The notes below the pieces were generated by a model. The model searched no databases. It was not told where the DNA came from and saw nothing but the letters and a program-made list of their open reading frames with translations. This document shows, piece after piece, positions 8,738 to 19,163 of a DNA stretch of 64,000 nucleotides. Positions within the stretch are counted from its first letter, which is position 1. Every line of letters starts with the position of its first letter. This stretch comes from Candidatus Bathyarchaeia archaeon. Its GTDB lineage: Archaea > Thermoproteota > Bathyarchaeia > TCS64. The stretch lies in assembly GCA_050014495.1 (NCBI GenBank), contig JBEKDF010000001.1:160001-224000 (forward strand), given 5' to 3'. The translations under genes were made by a program, and so were the position numbers.

Positions 8738-10753
8738 TTAGTACTTGACTTTATAGACGAGCACCCAGCCTAACGGGGACCTGTAGACTCTTGTAAAGTG
8801 GGACTGGTCAGCTATACCATACATGAGCCCGGCTATCGTCGTGTTAGTATATTTTGTCGTGTACTGGTACTTGCTTGTCTGCGAGTTATAGGAATAATAG
8901 TCTGTTACATTGAGGCCGGCTATGTTTGCCATCTGGGGCCACTTGGCGTTGTCGCCGAAGGGCCACTCCTGAGTCGAATTGTTTGGGTTGAAAGTGATGA
9001 AGACGACGACATAGTCCACATTGAACTTTTTCATAAGGGGAAGGGAAACATTCTGTGGCCTCATCATCATGTTTGCGATATTGACGATCTGAGTCCTGTT
9101 CAGAGTAGAGCCATCTGCGAGGGTGGTTCGGTTAGCCATCGTCTCTATCCAGTAACCGTAATCCCACCAAGAGCATATGACCGAGCCGGGTGTTGTGTTT
9201 GCATTTATCCAGTTGAGGGTTTTTATCCAGTCGTTCGCGTAGGCACCGTTGAATAGGACGGGTACACTACTCTGAACCAGTGGACCCGGACTCGCAGCTG
9301 TTGAGGTGGCGTTGAGGGCGTGTGGTATTAGTGAACCAAAAAGTATGACTATGAAGATGAGGCCGAGCCCCTTGCTAACAGCTACCACCTGTGCTTTTCT
9401 CCTCCTACTTTTTGCATCATCCTGTTGAGCGAACACAGAGCGGAAGGGCTCGATAAGTTCCACTAATGCATAGCCCGCGAGAAGAGATGCGGGGAACGCA
9501 AGTATCAGCGTGAGCCTCACAACGGTTCCGGCGAAATATACAGCTGTGAGGAAAAAGATGAGCACGTAGTATTTACTATCCCCACCTTCCTTCAGTATGA
9601 AGTATGCGCCGAGGACAGCTAGTACTATAGTGATTCCAAAATCAGAGAAGAAAACTGACCAGCTCGAGACCTTATTCTCTCCAACTGATGAGTATAGGGC
9701 ACCAGCGTCCTCAAAGGGGTTGATGACCTTGAGGAACTTGCCAGTAATGGGGTTGCCGATGCCAATATAGGGAAGTATTATGAATGCAGCGAGGGCCAAG
9801 GCGACGAGACCAAGTGTCGCGATGCGAGCCTTTGACTCAGGCATCCTCGTCTTTATGACCTCGTAAACAATGAGAAGACCGATGGCACCTAGGGCGGCGA
9901 TGTTCTCTATGTTTAGGATGTAACTGACACCTAATCGAGGAACCACTAGGGCGATGAGGAACCCCACGATAGTTGTTATGCTATAGGAGATGATGTGACG
10001 TTGCTCGATCTTCCCCATCACGAGCATAACGATGATGTAGAGAAGCAGGAGGCTTGAAATGTATCGAGCTGCTCCCCAAGAAGCGAAGGCATATCCCATA
10101 GCTATTCCACCTGCGATAGCGTACACCACTCGCTTCGGCAGTGAATTGCTAGTCTGTATGCTTCTTAGGAAGAAGAAGGGAGTTGCAACTATCCCGAAGA
10201 TACCGATGTTCTCTGTGTCAAAGAAGCCAGCGACGGTCCTACCAATATAGCTGGGACTGATCGCCATAAGAAGAGATGTGAAGATTCCTGTGGCCTTTCC
10301 TCCAAAGTCTTTGCCGAAGAAGTAGGCAATGACGCAGACTACAGCGGCCATGAAGACTGGAAAGTACATCGCCACGTCAAGTAGAGCGATCTTGATCTGG
10401 ATCGCGTTGAGTAGTTGATAGATAAAAACGGCTGAGAATGGGTTGCCTGGGTAACTGCTTACAGCTATGTCACGACCCATAGGATACCAACTCAGTGTAT
10501 CATGCCACGTGAAATATGCACCATAGCCATTCTTCGCTATGTATTCAGATATTCTATAGAAGAAGAAGGGATCATACTCATTGAGGTAGTCTCCCCATCT
10601 TAGTAGTAATACCCTGAGAATTATGGCTACGATGATGATGAGACCGAGGGCGGTGATCTCTATTGCTGATGCCCTGCTTAGCCTTATGCTGTTTAGGAAA
10701 CCACCGCTCGTTTCCGCTGTCTGCTTATCGGCGGTTTTCCCTTTCTCAGCCAT
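8738..10753 (-). CDS. aglB: Oligosaccharyltransferase AglB (STT3 family)
   Basis: EYDPFF, GFFDTE, SVGEN, WWDYG, ADGSTLN, DNAK; multi-TM N-terminal region. Confidence 0.93.
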   Translation of the reverse strand: MAEKGKTADKQTAETSGGFLNSIRLSRASAIEITALGLIIIVAIILRVLLLRWGDYLNEYDPFFFYRISEYIAKNGYGAYFTWHDTLSWYPMGRDIAVSSYPGNPFSAVFIYQLLNAIQIKIALLDVAMYFPVFMAAVVCVIAYFFGKDFGGKATGIFTSLLMAISPSYIGRTVAGFFDTENIGIFGIVATPFFFLRSIQTSNSLPKRVVYAIAGGIAMGYAFASWGAARYISSLLLLYIIVMLVMGKIEQRHIISYSITTIVGFLIALVVPRLGVSYILNIENIAALGAIGLLIVYEVIKTRMPESKARIATLGLVALALAAFIILPYIGIGNPITGKFLKVINPFEDAGALYSSVGENKVSSWSVFFSDFGITIVLAVLGAYFILKEGGDSKYYVLIFFLTAVYFAGTVVRLTLILAFPASLLAGYALVELIEPFRSVFAQQDDAKSRRRKAQVVAVSKGLGLIFIVILFGSLIPHALNATSTAASPGPLVQSSVPVLFNGAYANDWIKTLNWINANTTPGSVICSWWDYGYWIETMANRTTLADGSTLNRTQIVNIANMMMRPQNVSLPLMKKFNVDYVVVFITFNPNNSTQEWPFGDNAKWPQMANIAGLNVTDYYSYNSQTSKYQYTTKYTNTTIAGLMYGIADQSHFTRVYRSPLGWVLVYKVKY

Positions 10754-10805
10754 GAGTTTTCAACCATTAGGGTATTCCGCTTTTATTTAAGTAGCTATTG
10801 CTGAA

Positions 10806-11489
10806 CTAGTTCCCCCAGTAAAGACGTGTTGCGAACTTGTGAGGGAGCCCTAAAGCATCTATGGCTTCCGCTGTCACGTCTATGTTGTATTCAACACGCC
10901 TGTGCTCAACTCTTAGGGGTTCAGTTTCTAGGAGGATGTAACTCGCCCTAGGATCACCGTCACGAGGCTGGCCAACAGAGCCTGGGTTGAGCATGAGATG
11001 GCTATCATTCTCGATCATATAGGGGACATGAGTATGGCCGAGGATGAGTATATCTGAACCAGTAAGGCTTAGGAGGTTTTCGGCCTGAGTTTTAGCGGAA
11101 TCTGGATATATGTAACTTGTCAGAGGCTCTGTAGGGCTCCCATGGTAGACGGAAATCTTGTATCCATCGAGCTCAAGCTTAAGTTCTATTGGGAGCCTTC
11201 CAAGCCACCTCAAGCTAGCCAACGTTAACTTCGATCTGTTGATCTTTATTGCATCCTGAGCGTCATCATTGAACCAATCCGTTTCGATTGTGGCGACAGC
11301 GTTATCATGGTTCCCCAGAACGCATCTAAAGCCCTTGAAGTAGAGGCGGTCTATGCACTCTTCCGGGTTGGGACCGTAGCCAACTATGTCACCTGCAGAG
11401 ATAGCGGCGTCCCAATGTCCCGCATCCTCGAGGACAGCTTCGAGGGCCACTAAGTTACTGTGGATGTCAGAGACGACGAGGATCTTCAT
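10806..11489 (-). CDS. Metallophosphoesterase (calcineurin-like fold)
   Basis: SDIHSN, GDIVGYG, GNHD, HGSP, GHTH, NPGSVGQPRDG. Confidence 0.9.
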   Translation of the reverse strand: MKILVVSDIHSNLVALEAVLEDAGHWDAAISAGDIVGYGPNPEECIDRLYFKGFRCVLGNHDNAVATIETDWFNDDAQDAIKINRSKLTLASLRWLGRLPIELKLELDGYKISVYHGSPTEPLTSYIYPDSAKTQAENLLSLTGSDILILGHTHVPYMIENDSHLMLNPGSVGQPRDGDPRASYILLETEPLRVEHRRVEYNIDVTAEAIDALGLPHKFATRLYWGN

Positions 11490-11556
11490 CAGTTGTCGAC
11501 GTTTATTCAGTTTCGTGTTGGATAGGCTTAACTCATGCTACGGCTACTTCGGAGTA

Positions 11557-11886
11557 ATGAGTCTAGCTTTCCGCGTCGAGAGTATAGAAATTGAGGGAAA
11601 GACCCTGCGATGCGGTGTGCTCGAGCTCGAGAACGCCGTCCTGGCGCTGTTCTGGGAGGGGGATGAGCCGAAATTGGGTTCAACCACGATGACCATCCCT
11701 GGCATGGCATCCTCCCCATTACTTGGAGATAGAGATCAACTCCTCGGCAGGGTACTGGGGACACACCTCGCCGCCAAGTTTGGGAAGATGGCTCTAGTTT
11801 CCACACACGTCTCACGGGGATACAGTGAGGAAATAGGAAAAACGCTTCTCGAGCTAGCTAGGCGCTTTACGGAGGAGAAAAGTTGA
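11557..11886 (+). CDS. Small archaeal protein, possibly proteasome assembly chaperone 4-like
   Basis: GGAG two nt upstream of ATG 11557; stop overlaps the ubiD-family start; PAC4 resemblance is from memory only. Confidence 0.5.
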   Translation: MSLAFRVESIEIEGKTLRCGVLELENAVLALFWEGDEPKLGSTTMTIPGMASSPLLGDRDQLLGRVLGTHLAAKFGKMALVSTHVSRGYSEEIGKTLLELARRFTEEKS

Positions 11887-13226
11887 GCGACCTCAGAACA
11901 TTCCTGAATCAACTTGAGGATAGGGAAGACCTAGTTAGGATCAAGGAGCCCCTCAGTCCTAATCTTGAGGTGGCCGCAGCGTTGCAGAGGTTCGACACTG
12001 GGAAAGCGCTGCTATTCGAGAAGGTTGAGGGCTTCGACACGAAGATTGTCGGAGGCGTCTGCGGGACACGTGAACGCATACTTTTTGGACTAGGGATCAA
12101 TGCGAAGGAACTCTATCCCCGCCTTCAACAGGCGATTAAGAACCCAACTCGATGCGATGTGGTGGAGAAGGGCACAATCAGTGATGTTGTCGAAAAGGGC
12201 GACCTGACCAAATTACCAATACTCACCCACTTCAACGGCGACCCAGGGCCATTCATTACCTCAGGGATACTCTACGCGAAGAGCCATGACGGAAATGTTG
12301 AGAATGTCAGCTTCCATAGACTCATGGCTCTGGACCCCCAGCGAATGACGATCAGGATAGTCCCGAGACACCTCCATAGGTTGACGCAGCTCGCCAGACA
12401 AGCGGGGAAGAAGACTCTGGACTGTTGCATTAGCGTTGGGCTCCACCCGGCTGTGATGCTCGCTGCAAGTCTCCCTACCAGCTGGGGGACGTGTGAGTAT
12501 GACGTAGCTAATAACCTGCTTGAGGGTCAGCTTAGTTTGATTAGGTGTCCGCATGTCGACGCTTTGGCTCCTGCCGACGCGGAGCTTGTTCTGGAGTGCC
12601 GAATCAGGCTCGATGAAGAGGTGGATGAGGGTCCGTTTGTGGATCTCTCTGGGACCTTTGACGTGAGGCGTAAGCAACCTGTAGTGGAGCTGGTTGGGGT
12701 CATGCATAGGAAGGACTACTTATATCAAGCACTCTTACCGAGCGGAAGCGAGCATATGCTTCTCATGGGGATTGGGCCAGAAGTCCGTATCTGGGAGTAC
12801 TGTATGAACATAGTGCCCACTGTGAGGGGAGTTAATATGACCCTCGGTGGTAACGGTTGGCTTCACTGCGTCGTCGCCTTCGATAAGGTAAGGGAGGGGG
12901 ATCCGAAGAACGTCCTAATGGCCATGTTCGCTGCTCACCCCAGCCTAAAGCATGCTGTGGTTGTTGACGGAGACATTGACCCAATGAATATGAGGGATGT
13001 TGAGTGGGCGATTGCAACTCGGTTCAGAGGCGATGAAGACCTACTCATAGTTCCCGGTGTCAGGGTAAGCAGCCTGGACCCAACCGCTGATCAGCAGACT
13101 GAGCTAGGGTGTAAGGTTGGGGTAGACGCAACGAGGCCTCTCGGCAAACCGAAGGAGAAGTTCATGAAGGCTGAGATAACAGTCCCTAATCGCGTCAGGA
13201 AGATACTTGACAGGTACTCGGGGTAA
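11883..13226 (+). CDS. UbiD-family decarboxylase, probably anhydromevalonate phosphate decarboxylase
   Basis: NVSFHR, EGPFVD, VVVDGDID..VEWAIATR, SLDP, KVGVDAT; adjacent to both AcnX subunits. Confidence 0.85.
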   Translation: MSDLRTFLNQLEDREDLVRIKEPLSPNLEVAAALQRFDTGKALLFEKVEGFDTKIVGGVCGTRERILFGLGINAKELYPRLQQAIKNPTRCDVVEKGTISDVVEKGDLTKLPILTHFNGDPGPFITSGILYAKSHDGNVENVSFHRLMALDPQRMTIRIVPRHLHRLTQLARQAGKKTLDCCISVGLHPAVMLAASLPTSWGTCEYDVANNLLEGQLSLIRCPHVDALAPADAELVLECRIRLDEEVDEGPFVDLSGTFDVRRKQPVVELVGVMHRKDYLYQALLPSGSEHMLLMGIGPEVRIWEYCMNIVPTVRGVNMTLGGNGWLHCVVAFDKVREGDPKNVLMAMFAAHPSLKHAVVVDGDIDPMNMRDVEWAIATRFRGDEDLLIVPGVRVSSLDPTADQQTELGCKVGVDATRPLGKPKEKFMKAEITVPNRVRKILDRYSG

Positions 13227-13301
13227 ACAATATCTCTTATTATTTAGATATTTTCCCAAGAGGGTTTTTAGCGTTGCATCTTGCTGTTTTTGTGATATAG
13301 G

Positions 13302-14492
13302 TTGTATCTTACGAGGGAGGAGGAGCGTATGCTAGCCGGGGAGCAAGGACCTGGTATAGCGAAATCGCTTGAGCTGCTCATAGCTCTGGGTGAAGTCTTC
13401 GGTGCGCAGAAGCTGGTGCCGGTTGAGGGAGCCCACGTCTCAGGTGTAAGCTACAAGAACCTCGGCGAAGCGGGGCTGGAGTGGCTTGAGGACCAGGCGA
13501 AGCTCGGTTCCAAGGTAAAGGTCAGGGCGACACTCAACCCAGCTGGGATGGATTTAATCCGATGGAAGGAGATGAATATCCCGGAAAAATTTGCCGAAGG
13601 ACAGCAACGCGTCATTCGAGCGTTTAAGATGCTGGGGATCGAGCCAACCTGCACTTGTACCCCATACCTCGTGGGACACGTGCCAAGGTTCGGTGCCCAG
13701 ATCGCCTGGGCAGAGTCCTCCGCCATCTGCTACTCGAACTCCGTTCTCGGAGCGAGGACGAACAGGGAGTCCGGACCAACAACCATAGCTAGCGCCATCA
13801 CGGGCCTCACCCCCCTATATGAATACAGACTAGACGAGAATAGGCTCCCAGGGAAGCTAGTGGAGGTCGATGCGAAGCTCGAGGACCCTGTAGACTACAG
13901 CGCCCTCGGTTACGTCACAGGGAAGCTGGTGGGGAACGCGGTTCCATACTTAAGAGGGCTAGGAAGACCAAGTCTCGAGTCTCTTAAGACCATGGGGGCC
14001 GCCCTAGCTACTAGCGGCGGTGTCGCTCTATGGCACGGAGAAGGCGTCACACCCGAGGCCGAGAAGGTCAAACAACATCTTCGAGAGGTGGAGAGTTTCA
14101 CCATCGAAGAGAAGGAACTTAAAGAGGCGCGGGAAAAGTTCACTTACGAGGTAACTACCCCCGTGACCTGCATTGGTTGCCCTCATTGCAGCCTCTGTGA
14201 GGTTGGGGAGGTCGCGAATCTTTGCAATGGAAAAAAAGTAGGTGAAAAGCTCTGGGTCTTCACGAGTCGCGGCGTATACGCCGAAGCGGAGAGTATGGGC
14301 TACATAAGGCAGATTGAGGAAGCTGGAGGTAAGGTCTACTGCGACACTTGCATGGTTGTTGCTCCTCTCAAGGAGATGGGATGGAAGGAGGTAGCCCTAA
14401 ACAGCTTCAAAGGTGCTCAATACAGCGCCAATATGGGTCTCAAGACAAAGGTGGGAACAGCGAGGGAGTTAGTGAGGGAGGCTTTGAAGTGA
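13302..14492 (+). CDS. Aconitase X catalytic subunit (phosphomevalonate dehydratase large subunit)
   Basis: AHVSGVSY, TLNP, TCTCTPY, AWAESSA, NSVLGARTNRE, GCPHCS, DTCMVV. Confidence 0.9.
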   Translation: MYLTREEERMLAGEQGPGIAKSLELLIALGEVFGAQKLVPVEGAHVSGVSYKNLGEAGLEWLEDQAKLGSKVKVRATLNPAGMDLIRWKEMNIPEKFAEGQQRVIRAFKMLGIEPTCTCTPYLVGHVPRFGAQIAWAESSAICYSNSVLGARTNRESGPTTIASAITGLTPLYEYRLDENRLPGKLVEVDAKLEDPVDYSALGYVTGKLVGNAVPYLRGLGRPSLESLKTMGAALATSGGVALWHGEGVTPEAEKVKQHLREVESFTIEEKELKEAREKFTYEVTTPVTCIGCPHCSLCEVGEVANLCNGKKVGEKLWVFTSRGVYAEAESMGYIRQIEEAGGKVYCDTCMVVAPLKEMGWKEVALNSFKGAQYSANMGLKTKVGTARELVREALK

Positions 14493-14887
14493 TTCTAAAG
14501 GGGCGTAAGGTAGTGGGCGGTACTGCTGAGGGCGAAGCTCTGGTTAGTATTGATCCCGTCAGCTTTTATGGTGGTGTAGACCCCGACACTGGCATCATTA
14601 CGGAGCAGGACCACATATGCTATGGCAGGAGCATTTCGGGGAAGGTCTTCGTATTTCCTACCGGGAAAGGCAGCACAGTCGGAAGCTACGTCATTTATAG
14701 GATGAAGAAGCAAGGCACAGCTCCTGCTGCAATAGTGAACATTGAGACCGAGGCCATCCTCGCCACAGGCTGCGTTATCTCGAGCATCCCCCTGGTAGAT
14801 CATCTTGATACCGACCCCCTCGAGGCTCTGAAGACGGGGATGAAGCTCCGTGTAGTCGGTGATAAGGGATGGGTTACAACGATTTAG
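14489..14887 (+). CDS. Aconitase X swivel subunit (DUF126; phosphomevalonate dehydratase small subunit)
   Basis: GEALVS..PVSFYGGVD, GKGSTVGSY, APAAIV; GTG start overlaps the upstream TGA. Confidence 0.9.
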   Translation: MILKGRKVVGGTAEGEALVSIDPVSFYGGVDPDTGIITEQDHICYGRSISGKVFVFPTGKGSTVGSYVIYRMKKQGTAPAAIVNIETEAILATGCVISSIPLVDHLDTDPLEALKTGMKLRVVGDKGWVTTI

Positions 14888-14938
14888 TACTAATTCTAGG
14901 GGCAACCGATTTATCGCCTGACGTCGATGTAGGTTCAA

Positions 14939-16081
14939 ATGGATTTTAAGAGGCGGCTCACCGGGCTCCAGGCAAAGATGGAGGAGCAGGGACTGGATCT
15001 TGTGGTCTATGGAGGTAGCCCGGACCTCCAGTACCTGACGGGTGCTAACCTGGAGTGGCGTCGCGGGAGGGACCTTCTTCATCCCCAAGATAATGTCTTT
15101 GTACCCCGCCAGGGTGAGCCCATCCTCACCATCAACAACGAAAATCATGGCCAAACGCAGGGAACTTGGATAAAGGATGTCCGCTACGCCGAGACGGCAC
15201 AACCCTATGGGGATCTCATTAAGAAGATTATCATGGACCTCGGCGTTAAAACAGGACGTATAGCTATAGGCGATTTCTGCTGGGGAAGCACAAGCCTAGA
15301 GATTGCAAAAGCCTGCGCTGGATCACGTTTCCGCGTCGGTGAGGGACTCCTCGACCAGATCAGGATGATAAAGGAACCCGAGGAGGTGGCTAAGCTGAAA
15401 AAATCTGCGGAGGTTACCGAGTCAGTGATGACACTCATCTACCCACGTATAGTGGAGGGACTCACACAGAAGAATCTACAAATAATGATGGAGATGATGG
15501 GCAGGGGACTCGGGGCAACAGACACGAGTTTCCCACCAACAGGAGGCTACCTCAAGACAGGAACCATACCATCTGACGACCCCTTCATCTATCCAAAGGA
15601 GGCCGGTCTCACGAAGGGGACGAGCATAGCTTTCGACTTCGGCCTCGTCGTCGATGGTTACTGCAGTGACTGGGGAAGGAGCCTCTATTACGGGCAGCCA
15701 CGCTCCGACATACTTCAAGCGTATCAAGCACTTCAGCTAGCTGTCGTTCAGGCGGGGGACGTTGTGGGAAGCGAGATAACCCACCTATGCGACTTCTATC
15801 CTTATATTGAGAAGGCACTTGACAAGCAGGGATATGGCAACTTCCTAAGGAACAGGCTGAAGACGGGCATAATCGGCCACCAGATAGGCGTCGAGGTCCA
15901 TGAGGACCCCTGGCTCAAACCGGATGCGACTCAATTACTAGTAGAGGGTATGGTCTTCTGTCTAGAGCCGAAGCTGTGGAGCAAAGGAGAGTACTACCTC
16001 AGAGTCGAGGACATGATCCTGATTAGTAACGGGAAAGCGGAGTTTCTTACAACATCAAGCAGAGACCATTTCCAGGTCTAG
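14939..16081 (+). CDS. Xaa-Pro aminopeptidase / M24 metallopeptidase
   Basis: Creatinase-like N-domain; metal ligands in FDFG, YCSD, GHQIG.EVHE, LEP, RVED. Confidence 0.85.
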   Translation: MDFKRRLTGLQAKMEEQGLDLVVYGGSPDLQYLTGANLEWRRGRDLLHPQDNVFVPRQGEPILTINNENHGQTQGTWIKDVRYAETAQPYGDLIKKIIMDLGVKTGRIAIGDFCWGSTSLEIAKACAGSRFRVGEGLLDQIRMIKEPEEVAKLKKSAEVTESVMTLIYPRIVEGLTQKNLQIMMEMMGRGLGATDTSFPPTGGYLKTGTIPSDDPFIYPKEAGLTKGTSIAFDFGLVVDGYCSDWGRSLYYGQPRSDILQAYQALQLAVVQAGDVVGSEITHLCDFYPYIEKALDKQGYGNFLRNRLKTGIIGHQIGVEVHEDPWLKPDATQLLVEGMVFCLEPKLWSKGEYYLRVEDMILISNGKAEFLTTSSRDHFQV

Positions 16082-16116
16082 GAAGGATTTTATCGCCACT
16101 CGCCATTTTTCCATCG

Positions 16117-16719
16117 ATGGCTCCGACTGGGTGGTTCATAGTCTTCGAGGGCGTTGACGGAAGTGGCAAGAGCACACAGATCGACCTCTTGAGTATGAAG
16201 CTAAGGGACCAGGGTATCGATCATATACTTGAGAGGGAGCCTAGCGACGGTAGCATAGGACGTTTCATACGTCACTATGCGGAGGCGGGAGATAGGTACC
16301 TTAGCCCTGAGGCAGAGGCTCTTCTCTTCACCGCGGATAGGTTCGAGCACAGCAAACGCATCTCTCAGATATTGGACCAAGGCACCACTGTGATCTGTGA
16401 CAGGTATTACCACTCAACTCTTGCATATCAGGGAGCGGCGGGCGTAGAGGTGGCTTGGCTCCGTGACCTGCAGAAGTTCGCTCTGAAACCGGACCTCATA
16501 TTGCTACTAGATGTTGACCCTGATAAGAGTCTCATGAGAGTTTCTGGGAGGACCCTTACTGTGTTCGAGAACAGAAGCTACTTGAAGAGGGTTAGGGACC
16601 TTTACTTAGGGTTCGCCGAGGAGGGGGAGATGAGACTCGTCGACACGAGTCGTCCCGTTGATGAAGTTGAGGCAGAGGTACAGAGGCTCATCGCGGCCCT
16701 TATGGGATTGAAGCTTTAG
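16117..16719 (+). CDS. tmk: Thymidylate kinase
   Basis: FEGVDGSGKSTQ, REP, LLFTADR, VICDRY..S..AYQG. Confidence 0.95.
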   Translation: MAPTGWFIVFEGVDGSGKSTQIDLLSMKLRDQGIDHILEREPSDGSIGRFIRHYAEAGDRYLSPEAEALLFTADRFEHSKRISQILDQGTTVICDRYYHSTLAYQGAAGVEVAWLRDLQKFALKPDLILLLDVDPDKSLMRVSGRTLTVFENRSYLKRVRDLYLGFAEEGEMRLVDTSRPVDEVEAEVQRLIAALMGLKL

Positions 16720-17054
16720 GGTTTCTTCGATTTTAACCTGGCTAGGGTGTCGAGTAGGGCTGTAATCGTCTCAGTCAACTCCTTTATCTCGGATAGTTCC
16801 GATGCGTTATCGAGTCGCTGCTGGAGGAGATTGAGCTTATTCTGGAGGGTCTTCTCGAGGCTTGCCTCCTGTTTGACACTCTCCGGGCTCTCACCCTCTT
16901 TCAATAATTTCACCTCGCGTTTTTCCCGTGGACAGAATAGTTCACCTGTTTTGAGTTGGAATAATGGAGCCCCGCATTCGGGGCAGTTTGTGCTAAGCAT
17001 CTTCGCGCCTTGGCGGAGCATCTCCGCCATCTCCTTCATACCCTGTTCCGTCAA
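16716..17054 (-). CDS. UPF0148 / autoantigen-p27-like Zn-ribbon protein
   Basis: MAEMLRQGAKML..CPECGAPLF...GELFCP. Confidence 0.8.
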   Translation of the reverse strand: MTEQGMKEMAEMLRQGAKMLSTNCPECGAPLFQLKTGELFCPREKREVKLLKEGESPESVKQEASLEKTLQNKLNLLQQRLDNASELSEIKELTETITALLDTLARLKSKKP

Positions 17055-17216
17055 CTTATTTTAGCCTCAGCAAATTGCCGTTTAGGATTATGGAGTATTT
17101 CATTAGGGTTATCTTGACTTTCCCCGCTGAGTCACTCCGAGTGCGATTATAAGTGTTATGAGGGAAGGAATAATGCTTATCATTCCGTCATGCGAATCAA
17201 GATGAGGAATTATTGC

Positions 17217-18140
17217 TTGAAAGTCGTCGAGAACGCTCTCGAACTCATCGGCGACACACCGATGATCAAGCTCAGCTTCCCTGAGGAAGACACTGTCATC
17301 TACGCCAAGGTAGAGTATCTTAATCCGAGCGGCAGTGTGAAGGACAGAATCGCTCGTTACCTCATTACGGAGGCGGAGAAGAGGGGGGAATTGAAGCCCG
17401 GTTATACCATCGTCGAGGCGACGAGTGGTAATACAGGCATTGCTTTCAGTTGCGCCGCTGCAGCGAAGGGTTATAAAATGATTGTAGTTATGCCTGAGAC
17501 TGCGAGCGTGGAGCGCCGCACAATCATGAAGCACTACAACGCTGAAGTCATTCTCACACCGGCTAAGGATTTTATTGCAGGTGCTGTGAAAAAGGCGGCC
17601 GAGATCGCTAAGAGGCCAAAACACTGGGCCCCATGCCAGTTTGATAATAACGACAACGTCCGAGCACATGAAATGACGACGGCCCAGGAGATATTAGGGC
17701 AGGTACCTGAGGGAAAGGTCGACGCTTTCGTCGCTGGTATCGGCACAGGTGGCACTCTGATGGGTGTCTCTAACGTTCTCAGGAGGAAGAATCCTGGCCT
17801 CAAGGTTTACGCTGTCGACCCAATAGGTAAAAATGTCGAGGGGGACGTCGAGCCCCTAAAGTGCGCGGAGCACAAGGTCGAAGGCATCGGTGATGGCTTC
17901 ATTCCATCAATCACCGATGTAAAGATCATCGATGAGGTCATACAGGTTACTGATAGAAACGCTATCGCTACAGCGCAGATGCTCGCCCGTAAGAAGGGCC
18001 TCTTCGTCGGTAACTCCAGCGGCGCATATGTCTGGTGTGCCCTTCAAGCAGCGAAAAAATTGGGCAAAGGGAAGGTCGTGGTTACGCTCCTCCCTGATAG
18101 CGCCGACAGATATTACAGTACAGACCTCTTTAAGGAGTGA
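17217..18140 (+). CDS. cysK: Cysteine synthase (PLP-dependent O-acetylserine / O-phosphoserine sulfhydrylase)
   Basis: NPSGSVKDR (PLP Lys), EATSGNTG, GIGTGGT, EGIG, GNSSGA, LPDSADRY; TTG start after GAGGA. Confidence 0.9.
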   Translation: MKVVENALELIGDTPMIKLSFPEEDTVIYAKVEYLNPSGSVKDRIARYLITEAEKRGELKPGYTIVEATSGNTGIAFSCAAAAKGYKMIVVMPETASVERRTIMKHYNAEVILTPAKDFIAGAVKKAAEIAKRPKHWAPCQFDNNDNVRAHEMTTAQEILGQVPEGKVDAFVAGIGTGGTLMGVSNVLRRKNPGLKVYAVDPIGKNVEGDVEPLKCAEHKVEGIGDGFIPSITDVKIIDEVIQVTDRNAIATAQMLARKKGLFVGNSSGAYVWCALQAAKKLGKGKVVVTLLPDSADRYYSTDLFKE

Positions 18141-18149
18141 CCACGAGTC

Positions 18150-19019
18150 TTGGGGAGTAGTGGACATCGTGGATTCGTGATCACACATGAGAATTACTCC
18201 TTCGAGATCATCTTGGAGGAGTTAGATAATCTACATATCCACGAAGAGATTATCCCCGAGAAGATGGAGGAACTTGTCGAAAAGATACCACATGACGGCG
18301 TATGGATTCACCCTATTATTGTTGACAGAAAAAGCCTCGTTGTTCTTGATGGTATGCATAGGGTCGCTGCTGCAAAGCAAATCGGTTACCATTACATCCC
18401 CGTCTGCTTGGTCGATTACAACAACCCAGGAGTCCACATCGGTTGCTGGTATAGAATGTTCAAGAATCTAAGCGCGATAAAGGAGGCCTCAGTAGTGCTA
18501 CGGGAGGCAGATCTTAATCCGGAGGAGAAAACATACAGCGAGGCTAAGAGCCTCGTCGAGGAGCGCGAAGCTGTCACAGCTATATTTTCGAATTCTTGGA
18601 GCCTCGTAGGCCTCGGCTCAGCACGGGACATCAATGAAAGGTATGAAATCATCAAAAGGATCGAGCACCGAATACAGGCGAGGGGTCACCATATGGGATA
18701 TAGCACCGACAGCGACGCTTCAGCACGCATCTCCTCTGGAGAGTACTCAGCAGGTCTTATGACCCCAACTGTCACCAAGAGGGAGGTTGTTGTGACAGCT
18801 CTCAAGGGTATAGTATTCAGCCAAAAAACCACGCGCCACATTATTCCAGCTAGGCCAATGTTTGTTGCCGTACCGACCGAATGGCTAAAAGGTGATCTAA
18901 CTCCCGAGGAGGCGAATCATCGCCTTCGGAAGCACCTCAACTCGAAGAGGGTAGAGAATCTCCCCCCGGGTCAAATTCTCGATAGGAGATACGACGAGGA
19001 GCTATACATCTTCAAGTAG
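18150..19019 (+). CDS. ParB/Srx-fold protein, probable free serine kinase (SerK/SbnI-like)
   Basis: L.IHEE, PIIVD...VVLDGMHRV.A, IPV..VDY, and C-terminal K..V...A..G..F.QKTTRH; lies directly behind cysK. Confidence 0.7.
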   Translation: MGSSGHRGFVITHENYSFEIILEELDNLHIHEEIIPEKMEELVEKIPHDGVWIHPIIVDRKSLVVLDGMHRVAAAKQIGYHYIPVCLVDYNNPGVHIGCWYRMFKNLSAIKEASVVLREADLNPEEKTYSEAKSLVEEREAVTAIFSNSWSLVGLGSARDINERYEIIKRIEHRIQARGHHMGYSTDSDASARISSGEYSAGLMTPTVTKREVVVTALKGIVFSQKTTRHIIPARPMFVAVPTEWLKGDLTPEEANHRLRKHLNSKRVENLPPGQILDRRYDEELYIFK

Positions 19020-19163
19020 ATGGTACCTACTTATCGAACTTTTCTAAAGCGCGCGCGCATGCGAAGATGATTTAGATATAAAGGTAGCTTGATAAAAGGT
19101 AATTGGATAACCATTAGGATATGCAGATTATGTCTAGACTGGAGAATTTAGGAAAAAATCACT

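Noticed and set aside
18150..19019. Chromosome-partition ParB
   Set aside because: No parA, no HTH domain; context and motifs fit a SerK/SbnI-type kinase better.
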